Virus record (IMG/VR): IMGVR_UViG_3300032516_000022
Coordinates: 1 to 61,818 of that record
Strand: one strand, 5' to 3'
DNA: 61,818 bases
Source: a virus
Lineage: Duplodnaviria; Caudoviricetes
Below, in pieces: positions 54,710 to 61,818 of this stretch. The translations under genes and the position numbers were made by a program. Within the stretch, counting starts at the first letter, position 1. Each line of letters starts with the position of its first letter. Below the pieces are notes generated by a model. It searched no databases. It worked only from the letters and a program-made list of their open reading frames with translations, and was not told the origin of the DNA.

Positions 54710-55558
54710 TTAACCGAGATGCAGCTTGTTCTTGATAAAGCGGATGGCTGCGGCATCGTTGTGCTTGAGATTCGGGAACTTCTTCATCGTGATCTTGGCC
54801 ATCTTCTCAATGGAGAGGTCTTTCGTCTCCTTGTTCTTGAAAAGATCCCTGACAACAGAAGTCATGCTTTCCTTTCGGACCCCTGACCCCTTCTTCGTCT
54901 TGATCTTCTCAGTCTTCTCGATCTTCTTCTCGACTTTGACTTCCTTCTTGTTCGTCTTCTTCATAGGTTTGTCCTCGTCGTCCTTATCGGACTCTTCTTC
55001 CTCTTCCTCTTCCTCTTCCTCTTCCTCTTCGTCCTTCTTGCTGACCTTCTTCACTGACTTCTTAGACTTGGCAGGGGGATCATCCTCATCGGACTCCTCT
55101 TCCTCTGTCTCCTCTTCCTCTTCCGACTCCTCCTCTTCCTCTGTCTCCTCTTCCGGCTCATCCTCTTCTTCAGTCTCTTCCTCGTCGTCGTCCTTCTTGC
55201 TGGCCTTCTTCGAGGGCTTGTCGTCATCCTCCTCAGCATCGTCTTCATCAGCTTCACTGCCGTCATCATCCTTATCGGATGGATCGGCATCGTCAGCGTC
55301 GTCGTCCTCCTTGGACAGACTCTCAATGAAGTCCCACGTGACTTCCTTGAGATTGCTGTCGTTGTCGGTCTCAACCTCGCGTGTCTTGAGCTCCTTGGGC
55401 TTCAATTCGCCCACGGCTTCCTGAATGGCGTTCTCGAGTTCCTGCCCCTCGAGCTCCACATCGATCTCGGGGTCTTCCAATCCCAGAACCTTGTTCAGGT
55501 CCTTGGCAACGAGCACCAGCAGCTTCTGACGTTTCGGATCTGCTTTTTGCTTGGCCAT
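54710..55558 (-). CDS. Highly acidic low-complexity protein with basic C-terminal domain
   Basis: GGAGG RBS; D/E tracts over ~110 aa; K-rich end. Confidence 0.8.
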   Translation of the reverse strand: MAKQKADPKRQKLLVLVAKDLNKVLGLEDPEIDVELEGQELENAIQEAVGELKPKELKTREVETDNDSNLKEVTWDFIESLSKEDDDADDADPSDKDDDGSEADEDDAEEDDDKPSKKASKKDDDEEETEEEDEPEEETEEEEESEEEEETEEEESDEDDPPAKSKKSVKKVSKKDEEEEEEEEEEEEESDKDDEDKPMKKTNKKEVKVEKKIEKTEKIKTKKGSGVRKESMTSVVRDLFKNKETKDLSIEKMAKITMKKFPNLKHNDAAAIRFIKNKLHLG

Positions 55559-55648
55559 TGTAGGCCTCCTTTCATTGAACTATATGAACTTGACTTCAAA
55601 CCCTGTCAACTTATTATTTCTGCTCACCTCCTTTTGTTTACAAAATAA

Positions 55649-57178
55649 TTACCAATAGGAAGCAATGCACGGCTTTCCGACTTGCAAGCATTGAATCACC
55701 TTCACCGTTCGTCGTCGGTCGTAATCACTTTCCCGCAAGAACACCCAGCCTAATCGCTGGATGCCTGCAGCTTTCTCCTCCTCTGTTTGGTTGATAGCCA
55801 ATATACCTGTTACGTGAGCATACTTTCGTTTGTCTTCACTGAAGTTGTCTGGTCCAATCAGCTCCCGATTATAACTATCGCGATCAGACTGGGTGGCTGT
55901 AAGAAACAAGCAGTCCCTTTCCAGACTTAGGGCACGGGCTGACATCCAGTTCTCGTTGATCTTGTGCCGATCGTCTTTGGATGATCCTGGTTCTGAATTT
56001 AAGATGTCCATATAATCAGCGATGACCACATCTGGGATAAAACCTTCTGTATCTTCCCAGATATCCAGTCTTGCCCGAATGCCAGCCACATTCATACTTT
56101 TGGCTGGGACACAAACCATTTTAAAGTCTCGCTTACCCGCAGATCGAGAAGCAAAGTGCTTGGAAGCACGAATGGACTCGCGCCAGGTTAGAGGAACCAC
56201 CAGTCCTCTCTCTTCATACCAAACAGCACCCTTGAATCGATTGAACATCTTGCCAATACATCGAGTACAAGTTCGGTATCCATCCGGAGCATCAGAAAAT
56301 TTCTCAACCCCATCCAATCCAACTCGGTTCTTTCTCCACTTCTTGTGGCAAGTGTCATTCTGATTTCGCTCACAATCCAAGCAGGGAATTAGAATCTTGC
56401 CACAATGCTTAGTTTGCCAGCTCTTGCCAGCCACCATCATTCCGAATCTGCGCTGCATCTGATTGCGACCCATATCTCCCAGTCCGAAAAAGGCCACATT
56501 GCATCGTGCCTTGTATGCACGCTTGGCCAGCTCCATAAGCCACCATGTCTTGCCTCGCTTCTCCGGGGCCATGATGGAAATGAAGTTGCTTCGTTGTAGC
56601 TGATCGTTGAGCAATTGTCCAATAGGACCTGGTAGTGTGAAAAGAGGCTTAATCTCCTGCTCGAAGGCATCCACCATTACCTGCTTATCAGTAAAAGGAT
56701 TGATCCCATCGTCTTTTGCACGCTTGATATGCTTGAATCGACTGACGAGGGTTTCAGCTTCTTGCACATTGTTGATGGCCAGTGCAGATTCAAGATCCTC
56801 CTTAAGTATTTCAAATGATCGACTTTTGAAATACTCCTCTGCTTGATCAAGTCTGTACTGAGCATTGAACTTCTCCTCCTTCTGAAATCGATTGCTAATG
56901 GACTGTAGGAAGTCTCCGATCATAGTTTGTTGATCAGAGGGCATTCCTTTTCGAGCTTGCGACTCATAAATATCTTGAATATGTTTTTTCGGTGCCCGTC
57001 CATAAGTTTGATGATATTGAAGGCACCATCGAGCGACTGTCTTGGCATATGGAATGGACATCAGCTCGGCCTTATACACTGAACCGATCCCACCAAGGAA
57101 TTGATTGCTGACAATCATCCCTATAATGATACGTCGTTCGGGCACTGAATCTATCTGTTTTCGGGTATAGATTGGCAT
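55649..57178 (-). CDS. DnaB-like replicative helicase
   Basis: APEKRGKT, IADYMD, TATQS, SEDKRK; Cys-rich insert. Confidence 0.85.
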   Translation of the reverse strand: MPIYTRKQIDSVPERRIIIGMIVSNQFLGGIGSVYKAELMSIPYAKTVARWCLQYHQTYGRAPKKHIQDIYESQARKGMPSDQQTMIGDFLQSISNRFQKEEKFNAQYRLDQAEEYFKSRSFEILKEDLESALAINNVQEAETLVSRFKHIKRAKDDGINPFTDKQVMVDAFEQEIKPLFTLPGPIGQLLNDQLQRSNFISIMAPEKRGKTWWLMELAKRAYKARCNVAFFGLGDMGRNQMQRRFGMMVAGKSWQTKHCGKILIPCLDCERNQNDTCHKKWRKNRVGLDGVEKFSDAPDGYRTCTRCIGKMFNRFKGAVWYEERGLVVPLTWRESIRASKHFASRSAGKRDFKMVCVPAKSMNVAGIRARLDIWEDTEGFIPDVVIADYMDILNSEPGSSKDDRHKINENWMSARALSLERDCLFLTATQSDRDSYNRELIGPDNFSEDKRKYAHVTGILAINQTEEEKAAGIQRLGWVFLRESDYDRRRTVKVIQCLQVGKPCIASYW

Positions 57179-57215
57179 TTGGGCTCCTTTTTACTCCTAC
57201 AGACCTTAAATTCAT

Positions 57216-57306
57216 CGTGTAAATACGTACAGGTGACTTGAACACTCTGAGAAAAGGGAAGATTATAGCTTCATATTCGTTAGTCGCACCTAGACGTATT
57301 TACACG
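57216..57306. repeat. 20-bp inverted repeat with 51-bp spacer
   Basis: CGTGTAAATACGTACAGGTG / CACCTAGACGTATTTACACG, 18/20. Confidence 0.8.
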
Positions 57307-57665
57307 TATCCTTGATTTCTCTGGAAACCGACGTTTATTTTGATTCCTGTTTTGGTTGCTTGTTTTTGGACCTGTCCGTCACCCCACTTCAGACTGTTTT
57401 GAATCCAAGTACTCACTGCCTGCTTCCAACTGACCATGGACTTCTTACCAACTTTCCATCCAGCGGACGTATGGTAGTTGACAAAATGTTTTCCATCCAT
57501 CACATACCCCAGATGTTTGGCGTATTGCGCAACGTCATGGATTGACGGGGGACTGAAAATAAAAGGTTTCTTGGGAATGAAGTGACGTCCACAAAATGGA
57601 CATAGCACTTCACTGGGATGTAGTTTATGTTTTGTTCTTTTCATGGGTTGCCACTTCCTCTTCAT
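57300..57665 (-). CDS. Protein resembling the C-terminal domain of a phage replication initiator
   Basis: FSPPSIHDV..Y, FVNY....GWKVGK..M..WK.AV.TW. Confidence 0.65.
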   Translation of the reverse strand: MKRKWQPMKRTKHKLHPSEVLCPFCGRHFIPKKPFIFSPPSIHDVAQYAKHLGYVMDGKHFVNYHTSAGWKVGKKSMVSWKQAVSTWIQNSLKWGDGQVQKQATKTGIKINVGFQRNQGYV

Positions 57666-57908
57666 GTTTTTTCATTTCCTGGGCATTTTCTTCTCCCTAC
57701 CCCCTGGACCCCCACCCTCATCATATAATTCTTTTTTTCAGAGAAAAGAAATCCCTATCCACTCCCCTCCCCTCTTACTCCCCTCCCCTCCCTTTCCCTT
57801 TTTGATCTAAAGGAACCGGGTATTAGTTAATGCCACATTGGGTTAAACAGTGTTTTGAGTGCTAATTCTGTTATCATGCAAGGGATTTCAGGGGATTTTT
57901 ATGATATT

Positions 57909-58823
57909 TTAATAGTCAAAAAGATCGTCCATCAGCTGTTTTGCGTCCATTTTATCCAATTCTCCAGGATCTTTGACGTTTTTCAAGTTGACGATCTCAG
58001 TTGTACCATCAAATCCCATTAGGATATTGGCCAATTTCTTTGCTGCCACCTGTCCTTCACGCTTGGGATCATTATCATACAAGATAAATCGGTATTGATA
58101 CCGTTTGATTCGCAAGACTTGGGGTGTTGTGAATCCAATTCCGAATGTACTGACCGCGCCAGGACCCAGTTTCCATGCATCAGCAATGCCTTCCACTATG
58201 ACGATGCTGTCAGCATAGACCATGTCTTCTCCATAGAGGATTTCCTTATGGTGAACAACCTCTTGATCAATGGAGCAGGCTTTGTATGGGATTGTAGACT
58301 TCCCAGTGATGTCTCGACATTGATAGCTGACCAGCTTTCCGTCCAATAGAACCGGGGCCACAACACGATGACAATAGGGTCCAACAGGACCTGTTCCCAG
58401 CAGTCCCCAGACCTCTGACAATTCATCAGGATCATAGCCTCTCCCAGCGAGATATTTCTTATGCCGTGGTGACATAGGATTCGTGCCCATTGGTAGCTTG
58501 CAGGAAGGGGCTTTTGCCTTCTGTTTTGAGTCGTCTTTCGCGACCCCAATTCCCGGCCTGATTTGGTAGGATTTGACGATCTGTTCCACCTCATAAATGG
58601 AGCAATTTGACAGCTTCTGAACGACGTCAGCAACGGATTTCCAACCACATCTCCAACAGTTGAAATACCCTTTTGCTGTGTTGAACCCCAGATGAAATCC
58701 GGGGTTGCCGGTACAGAATGGACAGGCAATCTGGATCCATCCAGGACGGTAGTGCTTTCCGCTTTCGGATGCCAAGTCCACTCCGTGATCGTAAGCGTAG
58801 GATTGGAAGTCAAAGATTTTCAT
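57909..58823 (-). CDS. DNA primase (zinc finger + TOPRIM)
   Basis: CPFC...CWRCG, IVEGIAD, YDND, KDPG. Confidence 0.9.
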   Translation of the reverse strand: MKIFDFQSYAYDHGVDLASESGKHYRPGWIQIACPFCTGNPGFHLGFNTAKGYFNCWRCGWKSVADVVQKLSNCSIYEVEQIVKSYQIRPGIGVAKDDSKQKAKAPSCKLPMGTNPMSPRHKKYLAGRGYDPDELSEVWGLLGTGPVGPYCHRVVAPVLLDGKLVSYQCRDITGKSTIPYKACSIDQEVVHHKEILYGEDMVYADSIVIVEGIADAWKLGPGAVSTFGIGFTTPQVLRIKRYQYRFILYDNDPKREGQVAAKKLANILMGFDGTTEIVNLKNVKDPGELDKMDAKQLMDDLFDY

Positions 58824-58884
58824 ACATATTTTCTTATGAATTCAACTACGATCATCATTAGGAGGCTTGTTACCATTATTGTTA

Positions 58885-59397
58885 TCAACGTGTCAGACTC
58901 CTTGCATCCCTGCCACTGATTACCATCGGCAGGGGCTTGTCCATGTAGATGGCTTCAAACCTATCCTTGACGTACTGACTATCAGACCACAGGCTTTGCT
59001 GTGCAGCTGCAGTCTGAGCTGCAACAACCTTTTCCACGCTCCATCCTTCGTCTTTGATCAACTCCTTTTCATACTCAGCCAACCGGGCTTCTACCATGGC
59101 AGTGGGCAATGGTAATACGAGGATGTGTTTGAAGAAGTCCACGACTGCTTGTGGACTATTGTCCTTACCCCAGCGGGTCCTCCTGAACCCAGGTAGTCGG
59201 GCAGGTCGGTAGTCACTGCGAACTCGTGGCACGATCAGCTTTGGTCTCCTCCATATTTTCAAGCATCGTGGACACTCAATCTTCTGTTTCTTCTTGTCGG
59301 GCTCCCTGAAGTTTACCATGTTCAGTCCCGATAGGATGTAGCGGCAACGAGGACACCTCCCCAAGAATGCCTTGGAGGCCACCACTGATTTTCTCAT
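58885..59397 (-). CDS. Zinc-ribbon hypothetical protein
   Basis: CPRC twice. Confidence 0.6.
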   Translation of the reverse strand: MRKSVVASKAFLGRCPRCRYILSGLNMVNFREPDKKKQKIECPRCLKIWRRPKLIVPRVRSDYRPARLPGFRRTRWGKDNSPQAVVDFFKHILVLPLPTAMVEARLAEYEKELIKDEGWSVEKVVAAQTAAAQQSLWSDSQYVKDRFEAIYMDKPLPMVISGRDARSLTR

Positions 59398-60959
59398 CTT
59401 CCCTCCTTCAGTTCTTTCAACAGCTGTGAAAGCAGTCCGGCTTCTTCAGTATCTTTCCCGTCCACAATAGCATCCACTACCTTGCGCTTGTTGTCGAGCA
59501 GTTTCAGAATTCGCTGTTCGATAGTATCTTCGCTGACTAGATACCAGCAGGTCACGGCATCCTTCTGTCCTATACGATGGCAGCGGTCTTCAAACTGATC
59601 CAGATCCGCCGGGGTCCACGGCAGCTCAATGAAGGCTACGTTGCTGGCTGCTGTCAGTGTAATGCCCACCCCTGCCGCTTTGATGTTGCCGATGAAGAGC
59701 CGTACTTTATCATCTTCCTGAAAGGTTCGTACGGCTTCTTGTCGCTGCTCCATTGAGCATGATCCATCCAGTACCACACATCGTCCGGCAAACTTTTCCC
59801 GGAGAGTGGCAACCACACTTTTGTGGTGGGCCGCTACAACCAGTTTCTCATCGGACGCAAGGAAGTCTTCAATCCACTGAAGGACCATTTCCATCTTGCC
59901 GGCGGCGCAGAGCTGTTTGAGTGCTTCAACCTTGGCTAGTGCACAGTCGCTGCCGATGGCTGGCTTATCTTCTTGCTGATTCAGCCAAGCCAGGAAGTCA
60001 TCCTCTGCCAGATCGTATTCGTCTCGATTGCTGATTTGTAGTGGCACGATTGACCGTGTCTTGTCCGGTAGTTCTGGCAGCACTTCCTTTTTCATTCTGC
60101 GGATCATGACGGATGAGGTCAGGATGTCATGGAGTTCATCCGTGTTCGACTTGCCACTGAAGTCCCATCCCCAGCCGTTGTGACTGGCTCCGCAGTACCG
60201 TTCTCCATACTTGAAGAACGAAGGGAACAGGGTGGGCTTGAGAATCTTCAGCATGTTAAAGAGCTCCACTGGCCTATTCAGGACCGGGGTCCCAGAAAGA
60301 CCAATGACGCCTACTGCAGAGCTGCATAGTTCTACGGTGGCCTTCGTTCGCTTGGCTCCTCGGGTCTTGATGTAGTGAATTTCATCCAGCACAACAATGG
60401 CCTTGAGCTCTTTGAGGAGCGGCAGCCACTTGCCAAGCACATCGTAGTTGATAATCGTGATCCACTTTCCTTGCAGCGGACACAGCTTACCACCATCGAT
60501 GATTTCCACATCGGCACTTCCCGTCCACCGTTTGATCTCCATCTTCCAGTTCAGTTTGAGGGACGCTGGGCATATCACGATTGCTTTTGTGGCCTTGTGA
60601 TTCCATAGGTACCCAATCGCCTGAATGGTCTTGCCCAAGCCCATTTCATCGGCGATTAGGGCTCGTCCCTTTTTGGTCTCGAGGAAGGCAATTCCCTTTT
60701 GCTGGAAGGGATAGGGTTGCTTCAGTAGACCCGCAATCTCCTTGGCCTCAACCTTGTCTTGTGTTTTGGCAATGATTCCTACGTCGAATCCTGCCCCACG
60801 TAGGATGGCTTTGTTGGCGACGGTACTATGAACTGTCCACCATTTCTTACCCCCTTCGTTGTGGAAGCGACCTCGCATCTCGTGCATCTTGCACACAAGT
60901 CCTGGGTCATAGGTGAATTCGATCACGAGCAGATCATCTGTCTGTGTGACTTTTTTCAC
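59394..60959 (-). CDS. SNF2-family (HARP-like) helicase
   Basis: DEMGLGKT, DEIH, SGTP, GITLT, QFEDRCHRIGQ; GTG start with GGAGG. Confidence 0.92.
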   Translation of the reverse strand: MKKVTQTDDLLVIEFTYDPGLVCKMHEMRGRFHNEGGKKWWTVHSTVANKAILRGAGFDVGIIAKTQDKVEAKEIAGLLKQPYPFQQKGIAFLETKKGRALIADEMGLGKTIQAIGYLWNHKATKAIVICPASLKLNWKMEIKRWTGSADVEIIDGGKLCPLQGKWITIINYDVLGKWLPLLKELKAIVVLDEIHYIKTRGAKRTKATVELCSSAVGVIGLSGTPVLNRPVELFNMLKILKPTLFPSFFKYGERYCGASHNGWGWDFSGKSNTDELHDILTSSVMIRRMKKEVLPELPDKTRSIVPLQISNRDEYDLAEDDFLAWLNQQEDKPAIGSDCALAKVEALKQLCAAGKMEMVLQWIEDFLASDEKLVVAAHHKSVVATLREKFAGRCVVLDGSCSMEQRQEAVRTFQEDDKVRLFIGNIKAAGVGITLTAASNVAFIELPWTPADLDQFEDRCHRIGQKDAVTCWYLVSEDTIEQRILKLLDNKRKVVDAIVDGKDTEEAGLLSQLLKELKEGR

Positions 60960-61113
60960 GGGACCTCCATTTGATTGAATCATACCCGGCTTCAAACTTC
61001 TTCCGATCGAATCCATCCAGTATCCGACCACACTTCTGCCTTGCTAGCCAGTTCATGTCTCCTTTGAGGATTGGCTTTTTACGTGGGGCCGGGATATTCT
61101 CCATCATCTTCAT
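60934..61113 (-). CDS. Small hypothetical protein
   Basis: KFEAGYDSIKW; ATGA-coupled. Confidence 0.5.
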   Translation of the reverse strand: MKMMENIPAPRKKPILKGDMNWLARQKCGRILDGFDRKKFEAGYDSIKWRSREKSHTDR

Positions 61114-61385
61114 GGCTTCACATCTTCCTTGAAGGCTTGCTGCACCCGTTCCAGATGAAGCTGTGCTTGCTTGTTTTGGAAGTCTTCCTTCACGCTGGGT
61201 TTCCCAGCATTCCCCTTTACCGCTCCGCTTCCCATTCGTTGCGGGAACTTGGGAAAGGGATTCGTGCTGACGTACGCCTTGTTTCCGCACTGGGGACACT
61301 TCGGGAAGATATATCCATCCACGATATTCCCCTTGACCGGTGGGTTGAACACTGCCGAACCATGGTGACACTTATTACACCACAT
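61110..61385 (-). CDS. Zinc-ribbon protein
   Basis: CNKC...CPQCG. Confidence 0.55.
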   Translation of the reverse strand: MWCNKCHHGSAVFNPPVKGNIVDGYIFPKCPQCGNKAYVSTNPFPKFPQRMGSGAVKGNAGKPSVKEDFQNKQAQLHLERVQQAFKEDVKP

Positions 61386-61397
61386 AGTAATACCCCC

Positions 61398-61494
61398 GTA
61401 GACGCTCGACGTTTCGCTATACGGGCTTCAAAAGCTAGACTAAGGACTTCCCCTAGCCTTACTTTTTCAAGCCTTCCTAGCGAATCCTAGATGC
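61398..61494 (-). repeat. Dispersed ~95-bp element, copy 7
   Basis: Minus strand CTAGGATTCGCTAGGAAGG...CTTAGTCTAGCTTTTGAAGCCCGTATAGCGAAACGTCGAG; closest to copy 4. Confidence 0.9.
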
Positions 61495-61608
61495 TTAGAA
61501 CCCTTTGTTGACCTTGATCAGTATGGCAACGAGAACCGTTAGAAACACTGCTATGATAAATGCAGCTCTGTCCGGGTCTTCCTTCAACCAGTAGTAGATT
61601 CGTTTCAT
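61495..61608 (-). CDS. Small membrane peptide
   Basis: MKRIYYWLKEDPDRAAFIIAVFLTVLVAILIKVNKGF; ATGA-coupled. Confidence 0.5.
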   Translation of the reverse strand: MKRIYYWLKEDPDRAAFIIAVFLTVLVAILIKVNKGF

Positions 61609-61818
61609 TGGTATTCGTCCTTTCCATTAACAAAGCAATGGGTGCCGCTCTTCCACTTGATAGTCGCGTTGCCGTAGGCTTCGATCACAGCTTCAGCCCA
61701 CAGCTTGTCACCCTCGGCCCTCAGCTTGCTGCCCTCGGCCCACAGCTTGCTGCCCTCGGCATACAGCTTGTCACCCTCGGCATACAGCTTGTCACCCTCG
61801 GCCCTCAGCTTGCTGCCC
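61605..61818 (-). CDS. Heptad-repeat protein, 3' part
   Basis: ...KLRAEGDKLWAEAVIEAYGNATIKWKSGTHCFVNGKDEYQ-stop. Confidence 0.75.
   Translation of the reverse strand, partial: GSKLRAEGDKLYAEGDKLYAEGSKLWAEGSKLRAEGDKLWAEAVIEAYGNATIKWKSGTHCFVNGKDEYQ
61701..61818. repeat. 21-bp tandem repeat (right end; matches 24-141)
   Basis: Direct comparison. Confidence 0.95.

Noticed and set aside
1-61818. Prophage/temperate status, tRNA genes, transposases
   Set aside because: I recognised no integrase, repressor cassette, att-flanked host genes, tRNA or transposase. Absence is by eye only.

Overview
The window looks like an essentially complete ~61.7 kb tailed dsDNA phage genome (siphovirus-like). Both ends lie in the same 21-bp tandem repeat, inside one minus-strand gene that runs across the junction. 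Two arms diverge from a control region at ~3.4-3.6 kb. The plus arm (3.6-37.7 kb) encodes terminase, an ADP-ribosyltransferase, three signal-peptide-bearing fibre-like proteins, portal, a polysaccharide deacetylase, MuF, protease/scaffold, HK97-fold capsid, a 10-gene glycosyl/methyl/sulfotransferase cluster, neck, tail and membrane genes. The minus arm (3.4 kb to 1, then 61.8 to 37.7 kb) encodes a sigma-like factor, SNF2 helicase, primase, DnaB, clamp, clamp loader, split PolA, a TAGT-type glycosyltransferase plus radical SAM enzyme, SSB, RecA, 5'-3' exonuclease, RuvC and split SbcC/SbcD. I saw no integrase, tRNA or CRISPR array. The most striking unexplained signals are: (1) a ~460-nt, helix-rich non-coding leader right after the early promoter, a candidate large structured RNA; (2) a ~95-bp quasi-palindromic element repeated 7(-8) times around the genome; (3) short peptide tags shared by cargo-like modules fused to several head proteins; (4) the large glycan-modification cluster among the virion genes. 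All calls come from motifs read by eye; no database searches or folding were run.
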